In this document: in pieces, positions 1 through 11,755 of the stretch
Position numbering within the stretch: position 1 is the first letter of the stretch
Layout: each line of letters begins with the position of its first letter
Assembly: GCF_006345805.1 (NCBI RefSeq)
Contig: NC_043001.1
Span: forward strand, 131,316,001 to 131,380,000
Direction of reading: 5' to 3'
Length of the DNA stretch: 64,000 nucleotides
Source: Octopus sinensis
Lineage: Eukaryota
The notes under the pieces: generated by a model
Seen by the model: the letters and a program-made list of their open reading frames with translations, nothing else
The model's database searches: none
What the model was told of the DNA's origin: nothing
Program-made: the position numbers and the translations under genes

Positions 1-251
1 CAGTTCATTGGATGGTAATAAATGTTCTAGGAGGGCACAATGACAAAAGTTAATAGATATATTGACACAGAAAGCATTATAAAGGTCAGAAACTAACTGT
101 AGTAATTAGGGAAAAGTAAGAAATCTAAATTTTTTTTAATCAAGGAGAAACAGTAAATAGTTAAGACTCAATTCTCCCTAAAGGCAACTATTGTATTGTC
201 TAAAAATAGCATGAATTTAAAATCAAAATTGGATTTTTGTACAAATTAAAA

Positions 252-466
252 TAATCCTTTCTACTATTGGCATAAGGCCTGAAATTTTGAGGGAGAGTTA
301 AGTCGATTACATTGACCCCAGCACTCAACTGGTACTTAATTTATTGACCCTGAAAGGATGAAAGGCAAGGTCAACCTCGATGGAATTTGAACCCAGAATG
401 TAAAGACAGACAAAATGCAACTAAGTATTTTGCCTGACATGCTAATGATTCTGCCAGTTCACCACC
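252..466 (-). mobile_element. Old tRNA-derived SINE, family B variant tail (B')
   Basis: Contains the family B core (gaaaggatgaaaggcaaggtcaacctc) and a degenerate head ending ccagttcaccacc. Consensus CpGs have decayed to TpG/CpA. Confidence 0.8.
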
Positions 467-746
467 ATCAGTACAAATTAAAATATTGTGAGACTATCAG
501 CATTGTTTTGTATTTTTAACCCATCAGCAAATGAAAACAAAGTGTTACATCAAAAATATTAATTTTACTTTATACCTTTTATTTTGTGCCAAAATAAATG
601 CAGTTCCATGCAATATATCCATCATATTTCATATCATTTCTTATCTCATCAAAGAGTTTTACAGATAAGAGAATGAGAAATAGTGGAATACTTAATAAAA
701 TCTTTTGGTTGCAGTGTCCTATGCCCAACTTCAATAGTACCAGATA

Positions 747-1084
747 TTGGTTTCAAATTTTGGCATAAGGCCAGCAATTTTGGGAGTTTAACTGGTATTT
801 ATCATATTGACCCTGAAAGGATGAAACGCAAGTAGAACTCTTGATTGATGGTTTGGCTCTGCGGGGTGAATCCTCAATGCACAATACCACATTTCTGGGG
901 TTGATGTTCATGATTTTCTTGATCATTCATTGTCTTCTAAGGCTGTTCCTCTGATTTTGAAGCATTTGTGCCACTTGAAACATTGCATACAACCCATTGC
1001 CTCATCGCTGTAAGCTTGCTGAAACATGCTCAATGTCTCTGTAGCAGACTTCCCAAATTTAACGCAAAGTCAACCTTGATGGAA
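747..1084 (-). mobile_element. SINE family B fragment interrupted by a 238-bp mariner-derived insert
   Basis: The core gaaaggatgaaacgcaa...gtcaaccttgatggaat is split by 831-1068. Confidence 0.7.
831..1068 (-). repeat. 238-bp copy of the internal part of the mariner relic at 5524-5761
   Basis: Direct alignment by eye gives 5 substitutions in 238 bp. Confidence 0.9.
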
Positions 1085-4000
1085 TAGTGTAACCAACAAA
1101 TTACATTACTAAGGTTAAGTTTCCCCAGGAATTGAAACTAGCATGCAAATTCACCTCACTACAGAAATAAAAGAAAGGTGACAAGTATTTTTAGAAATTA
1201 TCAGGGTCAGGTATTTATTAACCCAGTGGAAGTTTAATCACAAAGGTTTAGAAAATTATATTTATTAGTTCTCTATGACCAGATCTGCAAGTAAAATCAT
1301 GCAGTGTATGCTTATTAATTCTATCTTGTGTAGGAATTATTGAGGAGATTATTATAGTAACTCAGATCTGTTGGTTACAGTAAACAGATCTGTGGAAACT
1401 GGAGATACACTCTAGCCTAATTTAAAAAAGATAAATGCATTAGATAGCCTATCATTTGAAAGGTCAAAATCAGAATAGTTCCTTTTGAACACTTTATAGT
1501 TCAGAATATTTTCAAATCACCAAATTCTATTCATTCAATTTATGAAAGAGTAACATTACTAATTTGTTTTTCAAAGCTTAATCTTTTCATTTACTTAAAG
1601 CTGGACAAAACCTATCATTACTTCACACTTATGAATGCTGTAAGATGCATAATATTTATGCCTTTTATTCAACATTTATTTGAAAATCAGCCTGTACATT
1701 ACATTTGTTTTGTTTTTTAGCTTTAGACAGCAATAAACTTCATGAGGAGAATTGAATTTTCTTCAAATATTTGTTACTTCAATAGCATTTTATAAAATAA
1801 AATTAAACCAACTTTTCAATTTGAATTGAAGAAATATATAAAAACTAAGTTACTCCAATGTAATTATACATCAACAAAATTGAATGGTTTCTATCTGATT
1901 TTTGTACAGACTTAATCTTCTATGAAATAGACGTATTCATAAAAATGAAGATTATAGGGATAAGGCAATAATTGGATCCTTTATTTGAAAAGACTAGCAT
2001 ATGTAAAAAAAGTTATTTCATAGCAAATATTGATTTAGAAAATTAGGCCCATGATCTAAGTCTTTGCTTTAGCTAAACGACACACTGTTATAAATTATCT
2101 ATCCAGTTTCTAATTGTCTTTTTATTGTAATCCAAAGTATAAATTTTTTCTCAATACTTTAAATGCATTATAACATTAACTAAAATAACAATGTAACATA
2201 TTTGAACTATTAAAATTAAATAGTGCCTATTAACAATTAATATTATCAGGTAAGTTGGTCATTCAGCTACCAATTAACAAATGGAATGTGAAATATTTAC
2301 AGAAAGAAAAAAACATCTTAATATCTAATCATCCATTTTCACACACAAAAAATTTGTAGAATTAAATGAAGTGATTTTCTTGCATATTTAAATACATGAA
2401 GGTGTTTTTATTTTGCCTTTTTTATTTCTAATTTTGCAATCGATATGTTTCACCAATTTAATTCAATAGTGCTAAAATTTCATTCACTCCTAAGTGTAAC
2501 CCTAATCTACCTTCTTTATATCAAATGGTTCTGCATGATAATACACTTTTAAAATCAAAAAATTTACTTAACATTTTGACAGGTTCTGAAGCTTAGAATT
2601 ATTCTTAAGTGTGACTTTGAATAAATAGGTAGGATGATACAACTAACACAATGAAAACAACAAATTTAAAACAGTCATTTCTGCAAAACAGTACTAAGAG
2701 ATGTAAGTCACGTCTAAAATGATAATCTTACATTGATTATTCTAAAGAAGACCTTTTTAAAAATGAAAATCCAACTTCTTTTCATAAAATTTATGTTTTC
2801 AGAACAGCTTACCAATATATTTACATATTGCTGTCAAAACATCTCTTTGTGCAAAAGTAAACCCTATCTTTATGTTCTGTGTGTGAATACATCTCAAGGA
2901 TTATTCAATGAATTTATACTAATTTGTGAACTTTTATATCTATGGTAGAAGAAAGAACATCATAAATATGCATGAGCTTTTTCATATTACAGTATTTCAA
3001 TCAATAATTTTCCATAGCTAATTTTTCTCAACTTATAATTCATGTTTATACAAACCTCTTTTTAACTTCAATAGACTAGACATTTTGTTTTTCTTTTCAG
3101 AGTAATAAACTTTGAGAGACATAGTTGCTATACTAAATAGACAAATAAAAAATATAGATTACTATAGTTTACAGGTTCTTTTTCTTACAGCTGAGAGTCA
3201 GAGCTTTTAAATGCACAGCTACAGGAAAAAAATTATACAGAAAATTAGCTATCATCACTTATTTTCCTAGAAACATTTTGTTTTTATTACCAGTACAAAA
3301 GTAACTTGACATATTAAACTAGAAAAACATCTGAAATATCTTTACATAAATTTTTATATCTTTTTGATACTTGTTTCTAACGAAGTACAATAACAGAGAA
3401 AATTTAGAACATGAATACCTAAAGGTACAGAATCTTACCCTTACTTAAAAAAAAGAACAAACATATATAGTTGCAAATTATGAAAATCCTATAACCTTAT
3501 TTATTGTATACTAAGACAAAAATTCTGACTTAAACTGAGAACATATTGATATACATATATGAATGTGTTTCATATTTCTTATTCCCTATAAACACAGTTT
3601 GAATGGTTCTTCATATTCAGAGTTACTTGTAAGGAAGCAAATCTACTTTAGTTGGAGAAACTGAGAAAGAAAGTTATTTATATGAGAGAGTGACAATACA
3701 ATGTTAACAACAAGGTTTATTCCACAACCTTTGAATGAATGAACTCCATCGTATGCATTTCACCTGAAGATCTCTGGAAGAAAAGCCAGATCTTATTCCT
3801 CCAAAAATCAAACATTATCTAAAACTTTGAAATACACACAATAATTGCAGCAGTAGCTTATACACTGAATCAGAATTATTTATTTTACCAAACAAAGATA
3901 CAACTATGTGCATATGTGTATATAATTTAAGATAAATCTCAATAATTTAGCAGTTAATTTTAATTTTGCAATGCAATAAATTGTCCCAACAGGAACTGGG

Positions 4001-4622
4001 ATTACTGAAGATCAGCTCAAAGTTAACATTTTAATTGTTAAATACAGAATTGCAAAATTCAGTTTACAATAAATTTATACATAACAGTCATGCTATGACA
4101 AATAAAATTTCTGTAGTTCATCAGTAAGACAATATTTATCAAAAGACTGCTGAGAATTCTTTGTTATGATTGGCCAGTATTTAACTTGCAAATTAGAGTA
4201 TAAATCTTCTTTAAAAAAAAGTAAATAGTAACATCCAGAAAGATGAAATGTAATTAAATTGCTTTCAAATTTATTTAATTTTATTATATTAAGGCTTTAA
4301 AAAAGGATGTTTTATTTTACTTGTTCTACAGAGATATCTTTCTATGCAAATATCCAAATGGATTATTATTCATCATTTTATAGACTGAAAACTTTCTGTA
4401 AACAACTCTTATATTTTCCAAAAACTTTTTCTCCTCATATACAAGAAGCATCTTCACATGACTAGTGCAAACAACTAGATCACAGAAACATTATACATTA
4501 TCAACAATTAAGTACAAAGTTGCCAGGTTTCTGAAGGATAAAAAATTTACTACTTCTCACTGGCATATGCAAATCACTAATCCATTAGTATCTTGATGAG
4601 CTTTTTACATACATATATGTTT

Positions 4623-4929
4623 GTGGCCGTTGCCAGCCTCGCCTGGCCCCCGTGCCGGTGGCACGTAAAAAGCACCATCCATTCGTGGCCGTTGCCAGCG
4701 CCACCCCGACTGGCCTCCGTGCCGGTGGCACATAAAAGCACCATCCATTCGTGTCCGTTGCCAGCCTCGCCTGGCCACCGTGCCAGTGGCACATAAAAGC
4801 ACCATCTGTTCGTGGCCGTTGCCAGCCTCGCCTGGCCCCTGTGCCGGTGGCACGTAAACGCACCATCCGTTTGTGGCCGTTTGCCAGCTCCGTCTGGCAC
4901 CTGTGCAGGTGGCACGTAAAAAGCACCCA
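4623..4929 (+). repeat. GC-rich ~62-bp tandem repeat, 5 copies, inside a family C SINE
   Basis: Units start at about 4623, 4685, 4751, 4812 and 4873 (gtggccgttgccagcctcgcctggcccccgtgccggtggcacgtaaaaagcacc). Confidence 0.95.
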
Positions 4930-5093
4930 CTACACTTGCAGAATGGTTGGCGTTAGGAAGGGCATCCAGCCGTAGAAACACTCCCAGATCAGACTGGGCT
5001 TGATGCAGCCTTCTGGCTTCACAGACCCCAGTTGAACCGTCCAACCCATGCTAGCATGGAAAACGGACGCTAAATGATGATGATGATGATGAT
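4623..5093 (+). mobile_element. SINE family C, 3' part with RTE-like (GAT)n tail
   Basis: ggcgttaggaagggcatccagccgtagaaac body ending gcatggaaaacggacgctaaatgatgatgatgat. Degraded reverse copies lie at about 33320-33435 and 48526-48677. Confidence 0.8.
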
Positions 5094-5160
5094 ATATATA
5101 TATATATATATATTCTCTCTCTTCTGCATAAGATAGAATCTACACATTCGGATTTCTTGC

Positions 5161-5987
5161 TACAAGCAGTATCAAAATGTTAATGGACTAGTTATGTTTG
5201 GTAAAAAATAACTTATTTACCTAAGTTTTAACATCATGCCCTTCGAAATAGTCACCTTGCACAGCAAGCAATATAGCAGTCCCAGTATTCCTGTCACTTT
5301 TGGAATCCAGCCTGGGAGTTGTTCTCTGTGAGTGAGTTGAGGACCTTCTGTGATTCACTTTGGATGGTGAGCGTGGAAGTGATAACGTTTTTGGCAAGAA
5401 ACTCGTAAGTGAGGAGAGCTCAGTACTAGAGTGCCTTGTCATCATGAAGAATCCAATTCTTCACATGCCACAGATCTGATCCCTTTCGCTGAATGACCTC
5501 CCTTAAGCACTTCAAAACTTTGGAGTAGAACTCTTGATTGATGGTTTGGCTCTGCGGGGTGAATCCTCAATGCACAATACCACATTTCTGGGGTTGATGT
5601 TCATGATTTTCTTGATCATTCATTGTCTTCTAAGGATGTTGCTCTGCTTTTGAAGCATTTGTACCACTTGGAACATTGCATACAACCCATTGCCTCATCG
5701 CTGTAAGCTTGCTGAAACATGCTCAATGTCTCTGTAGCAGACTTCCCAAATTTAACGCAAAATTTCACATTGGCTCTTTGTTCTTGTCCATACCAAATTC
5801 ACAGACTACAGCATACACATGATCACAAAAACACAAATTTCACAACTTGCAAAGTGAACACAGTGATGTCACTCAGCACACTACCTCGTGAAGGTCACTG
5901 CTAGTTCTCACTGAAAAGGCAACTGTATGCTGCCATCTGTTGACACACTACAGAACTAGTCCGGGAACTTTTTGATACCACCTCGTC
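5161..5987 (-). mobile_element. Internally deleted mariner DNA transposon
   Basis: Degenerate TIRs: tacaagcagtatcaaaatgttaatggactagtt (5161) versus aactagtccgggaactttttgataccacctcgt (to 5986). Minus-strand transposase pieces: EQRANVKFCVKFGKSATETL (N-term HTH), QTINQEFYSKVLKCLREVIQRK and C-terminal QGDYFEG. The central region is missing. Confidence 0.85.
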
Positions 5988-7457
5988 AATCCCGATCAAA
6001 ATATGTACTTTCCTGCACTTATACCTGGATTTCATTATCCACAGTCATTCAATCTGTTTGAAATACTAGATAAAATTTCCTTAAATCATGCCCTGCTATC
6101 TTAAACAAGAAAACACATTAAGTTACATAATTTTTAATATACAAAATGATAGAAAAGTTGAAACTGATTGATCATGGCTGTGCTAGGAGCTAAACAATAT
6201 TAACTACAAACATATCAATTCAAATTTTCCAATAAATTTTCCTCTTTATGGAAATCATTAAGAGTAGTTTGAGGAAAATTTGGCCAATTTCAGTAGACCA
6301 ACTAATTACATAAAAGCTTCCACTATTATTAGCTTCCACTATTTCTTAATCTTAGCATCTGAATTAGTCCAACAGCCTAGAATTTTTATTCTAAACTAAC
6401 AGTCAAAACGCAGCATCTACCAGCTTTCTTACAAGTGAAACAAATGAATATTTAATAATACTCCAACACTGTTATGGGATTTATACCACACAGTGTTTTT
6501 GAAGTATACACAAAGAAAGTAATAAAAAATGTCAACAAATAAATTTCATGTAAAGCAATGTAGCATTTTTTTTATCCTATTTACAAATTTAATATAAAAT
6601 TCTATGAAACTCAGATAATAGGAAAATCTATTAGCCACTACAAAGCTTCATAAAAGGTGCTTAAACATTATCCTACAACCAAAGAATGGAGACACTGACA
6701 ATGAGAAAACACTTTATGGTATTCTGATAATAATTCAAATCATGTAAACAAATAAAGCAATTACATTAAACACCTCACTACTGAATATGCTAATGATTCT
6801 TTTACTGCTTAAGCTAAGCATTTTTTTGTTCTTGTGATGCATATTTCATTTTCAGTTCATTGACCATCTATAGACAATATTTATTTTATGATCCTTTTAG
6901 ATAATTATCAAAAGATATGATTTTAGAGTTTTGATGCAATTGAAGATAACGTTGAGTCCAAAGAAAAACATGCAACATTTTTAAGGCTTCCTAAACTATC
7001 TTTGCTTGTAAAAGTAGTTTATTTAAAATACTCAAGTACCCAAAATTGAAAATGAATATTACTGGCATTACTACAAACAAATGGCAAATCTTTTACCTTC
7101 ACAATCCTGAAGAATTGGTAGCATCAACATTTTCATATTCTTTACCTATCCAGGCTTGAGTCACATAGGTCAACAATAGAGCATCCTACTATGTGTCATA
7201 GCCAATGTCAGCATATCAGTGAAACCAACATTCTCAGATCTGGCTTCACTCACTCTTTTACATACCTAACATATTATGTCACTTACCAGAGTAACTTAAT
7301 GAATTGTATGAAATAACTTGTGCTACCTTTAGGTCCCTTTTCTAAGAAAAGAGTTTCCATGAATGTTTATTTTTCCTGAATACTCTGGTCAATGCACATC
7401 AACATATTCAAATAATTACAAGCAATTTTTTTTTTAAATAAATGTTACATGTACATA

Positions 7458-7628
7458 GGCGCAGGAGCGGCTGTGTGGTAAGTAGCTTGTTTACCAACCA
7501 CATGGTTCCGGGTTCAGTTCCACTGCATGGCACCTTGGGCAAATGTCTTCTACTATACCCTCGGGCCGACCAAAGCCTTGTGAGTGGATTTGGTAGACGG
7601 AAACTGAAAGAAGCCCGTCGTATATATG

Positions 7629-7659
<31 letters not shown>

Positions 7660-7864
7660 TTGTCCCCCTAGCATTGCTTGACAACCGATGCTGGTGTGTT
7701 TATGTCCCCGTCACTTAGTGGTTTGGCAAAAGAGACCGATAGAATAAGTACTGGGCTTACAAAAAGAATAAGTCCTGGGGTCGAGTTGCTCGATTAAAGG
7801 CGGTGCTCCAGCATGGCCGCAGTCAAATGACTGAAACAAGTAAAAGAGTAAAGAGTAAAGAGTA
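7458..7864 (+). mobile_element. tRNA-derived SINE family A, full length
   Basis: A-box-like tggctgtgtggt, B-box-like ggttcagttcc, internal (TA)n(TG)n and (GAGTAAA)n tail. Confidence 0.92.
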
Positions 7865-8506
7865 CAACGAATTCTAATCAGTTCATTCTTCACTAATATT
7901 TTATCATCTACATCCTACCAGCAATTTCTGTGTATACAACATTATACTAGTTTTGTACATAAAGAAATTGCTCTCCAAATTCCTCTCTAATTCATACCAA
8001 AATTTCTCTACTTTCACAAGAATTTCTGGGTTCAATTAATAATGATCATAGTAATAAATTAGCATGTTTAAAAATAACAGAAAAATGTATTTAAACACCT
8101 AATTTGGAAAAAAATGATGGGCTCTCTGTAGTGGAAATGCAGTTATGAGGTAAGTGATATGTGGTTTCAGACCTTTCAATGGGCTTGTTGTTCTATTATA
8201 TCAAATCAATACTCATAATGTCTAACATTATTTCACACTGAAAATCTTAGTGCTTAATTCAGTCCATAAGATGGAAATAAGAACATTGTAAAAATCTCAT
8301 GTAACTAAACAGGTTTTTTTTACTTGAAATTTGTTTCTCTCTATGAGAATTCACAAAAGTGAGATTTATTATTACTGTTTAGTTTGATATCAACCCTAAA
8401 CAAATGACCAACCAAGTTACTTCAGCCATAACCAGTTTGATATTTATGTACACAGTGCATCTGAAACCATGCTGTCTCTGCAAACTTTGCATCCTTCCTT
8501 TAAGAA

Positions 8507-8662
8507 AGGAGTGGCTGTGTGGTAAGTAGCTTGCTAACCAACCACATGGTTCCGGGTTCAGTCCCACTGCGTGGCATCTTGGGCAAGTGTCTTCTGCTAT
8601 AGCCCCGGGCTGACCAATGCCTTGTGAGTGGATTTGGTAGACGGAAACTGAAAGAAGCCTGT

Positions 8663-8703
<41 letters not shown>

Positions 8704-8913
8704 GTGTGTGTGTGTTTGTCCCCCTAGCATTGCTTGACAACCGATGCTGGTGTGTTCACGTGCCCGTCACTTAGCGGTTCGACAAAAGAGACCGATAGAA
8801 TGAGTACTGGGCTTACAAAGAATAAGTCCTGGGGTCGATTTGCTCGACTAAAGGCGGTACTCCAGCATGGCCGCAGTCAAATGACTGAAACAAGTAAAAG
8901 ATTAAAAGAGAGT
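8507..8913 (+). mobile_element. SINE family A
   Basis: Aligns end to end with 7458-7864. Confidence 0.92.
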
Positions 8914-10898
8914 ATGTAAATTTCATTGTTGTTTTCGCAGGTTGAGTAACCATGTAGAGGCTCACTCACACAATATTAAACAAATGTAACTGACCACAAT
9001 TATCTTAATGGAATTAAGATTAAGAATATGCAAAAATATCAAACTTATTGAGAAATCAAATCATTAAAAAAGATAAAAATTACATAAAGTATGACCATGT
9101 GATTTACATGCAAAAATTTCATACAAGTAAAAAAGAACAACAAAAAGATCTTCTTGGAAAGTATTTTATTCTGATAAAGCATACCATTCAAATTCTCTTC
9201 GTAAATAATTATATTAAGCATTTCTCTCACAAATAAATGATTTTAAAGTATTTTACTGCTTCCACTCCCCAAAGAAAATTTCCCTAATAAAGACAATTGT
9301 TTTAGAGATATCAAATTAGCATATAAATAAATGTTGATATATCTTACAGGCATTCGTTTCATATATTTGAAAATACAGCTTTAATACAAAGGATTTAAAA
9401 ATTATTTAACTGAGTACAAAAATTTAATTATTGCTTCTAATTATATTTCTGCATAAATTTTGAATTGATCAAACTTATTTCTGACAAGCTTTATGAAAAT
9501 AATTTAAATAGGCCAATTAGATAAGTGCTTGTTTAAAATAAGATTATAGGAATATATTTTATAAAATATACATAGCCTATGTGGAAAATATAAGCAATAA
9601 ATAAACTGAAATATTGTAAACAACAAACTAATAATTTCTTTATTGTGTTCAAACTCAGTTTGAAGGGAAGAGCATTAAGTAACTGGATTTCAAAATGAGT
9701 GTGTGTGTATGTGTGTGTGAGAGAGAGAGGGTGGCATTTGAAAGAAGGTATAATTGAATATGTGGGCACAAAACTTGAAGCAGAGAGAAAATATTAGCAG
9801 TGTGATAGAAACAAAAGAACAAAATTTGTCAGTCTTTCAGTAAAAGATTTGCTTCTAATAATATTATGATAACTAGTAATAGATGTTAGCAAAATCAAAA
9901 TATTTTGGTATATGTTGTAGCAAAATGTGTGTGGTAAAAAAATAAAAGAACAACAAATGTCATTGGTTAGTTCTTCAACATTAGGCCTTACATAATAATT
10001 CATGAAGGAAATGTTAGTTGCAACTTAGTTCTAGTAAGTACTGATCAAACTTATTTATAAGATGCACATAGTTCGCCAAATGCCTAGGTGTGAGATACTA
10101 TTGTTCAAGATATGCCATGTATCCACCTAGTCAACATGCAGTGATGAATCAATAAGTGCAGTATGGCATTCTTGACAGTTTATTCTCTCCACTGTATAAT
10201 TCAAATTCTGGTGGTGGCCACAGAAAATGTATGTCAGCTGATAGATCTCAGCAGTTGTTGTTCCTCTGCACGTATTGGCAGTGGTGTGCATCCCAGAACA
10301 ATGATGATTGGTGGGTTGACTAATGAGACTGCTGATGCAGCAGCTACTTTTGTGTTCTACAGTTTGTTTGTCTTAGCTGAATAAATGAAAGAGGGTTTTT
10401 TTTAGGTATTGTAATAGCATTGTGGGGGTGGGGTGAAGTGATAAGCTTTTGGATGTGTGGAAGTAATTTCTTTCTCACCTCCACCAGAACCGATACTACC
10501 AGCAAAAGAAAGCTATCTGGATTGTTAGCAAGAATTTACACTCCAACATCAGGCCTATGCATATACTGATTCTTATATACTGATACTACAGTGGCATATA
10601 CTCTTCAGTGTAATCCAGTTACATACCACTGCCACTTATGTGAATCCAACACACCTGCAGCATGTTACCCATTTTGTGTCAGGCCTCATAGTACAACCAT
10701 CACACACAATCTTTTCTTCCAAGGTCAACCCACTATAATTTCATTTTACCCATATTTTTTTTTATGCGGAACTCAATTTCAAGCTGAACATCAACTGCTT
10801 CATCTCACCATTCTTGGATAGTCTATGAAAGTCATAAGTACAGTTCTGTAAACCTGACTAAATCTATACCACAAAAAAAAAAAAAAAAAAAAAAAGGT

Positions 10899-11112
10899 TA
10901 CTCTATTACTCTATTACTTGTTTCAGTCATTTGACTGCGGCCATGCTGGAGCACCGCCTTTAATCGAGCAACTCGACCCCAGGACTTATTCTTTTGTAAG
11001 CCCAGTACTTATTCTATCGGTCTCTTTTGCCGAACCGCTAAGTAACGGGGACATAAACACACCAGCATCGGCTGTCAAGCAATGCTAGGGAGACAAACAC
11101 AGACACACAAAC

Positions 11113-11143
<31 letters not shown>

Positions 11144-11307
11144 TACGACGGCTTGTTTCAGTTTCCGTCTACCAAATCCACTCACAAGGCTTTGGTCAGC
11201 CCGAGGCTATAGTAGAAAACACTTGCCCAAGGTGCCACGCAGTGGGAATGAACCCGGAACCATGTGGTTGGTAAACAAGCTACTTACCACACAGCCATGC
11301 CTGCGCC
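10899..11307 (-). mobile_element. SINE family A
   Basis: Reverse complement of the family A consensus. Confidence 0.92.
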
Positions 11308-11526
11308 TTTGTTGTGTAGGTATGGCCAAAAGAATGAGCAACAAGATAGACTACTGTGACATCATATTCAGAAAATTACAAATTATGGACAATCTCTAAA
11401 ATGAAAATAAAGATATATTTATACAAAAATCTATTTCACAGAAATTTAAATTTTGTATACAAAAATCTATTTCGCAAAAGTTTAAAACATGCTATAACAG
11501 TAATGCTAAGAGGTATACATACACTA

Positions 11527-11755
11527 GGCGGCGAGCTGGCAGAAACGTTAGCACGCCGGGCGAAATGCTTAGCGGTATTTCATCTGCGTTATGTTGTGAG
11601 TTCAAATTCCGCCGAGGTCGACTTTGCCTTTCATCCTTTCGGGGTCGATAAATTAAGTACCAGTTACGCACTGGGGTCGATGTAATCGACTTAATACCTA
11701 TGTCTGTCCTTGTTTGTCCCCTCTGTGTTTAGCCCCTTGTGGGTAATAAAGAAAT
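11527..11755 (+). mobile_element. tRNA-derived SINE family B, full length, with 16-bp TSD
   Basis: Head ggcggcgagctggcagaaacgttagc, B-box gagttcaaattcc, core gcctttcatcctttcggggtcgataaa. TSD aggtatacatacacta at 11511-11526 and 11756-11771. Confidence 0.95.

Noticed and set aside
4623-4929. CRISPR-like appearance of regular palindromic repeats (also 54452-55744)
   Set aside because: No unique spacers, eukaryotic context, no cas genes.
4577-5044. Overlapping ORFs in several frames
   Set aside because: Arise from the GC-rich 62-bp tandem repeat of a SINE.
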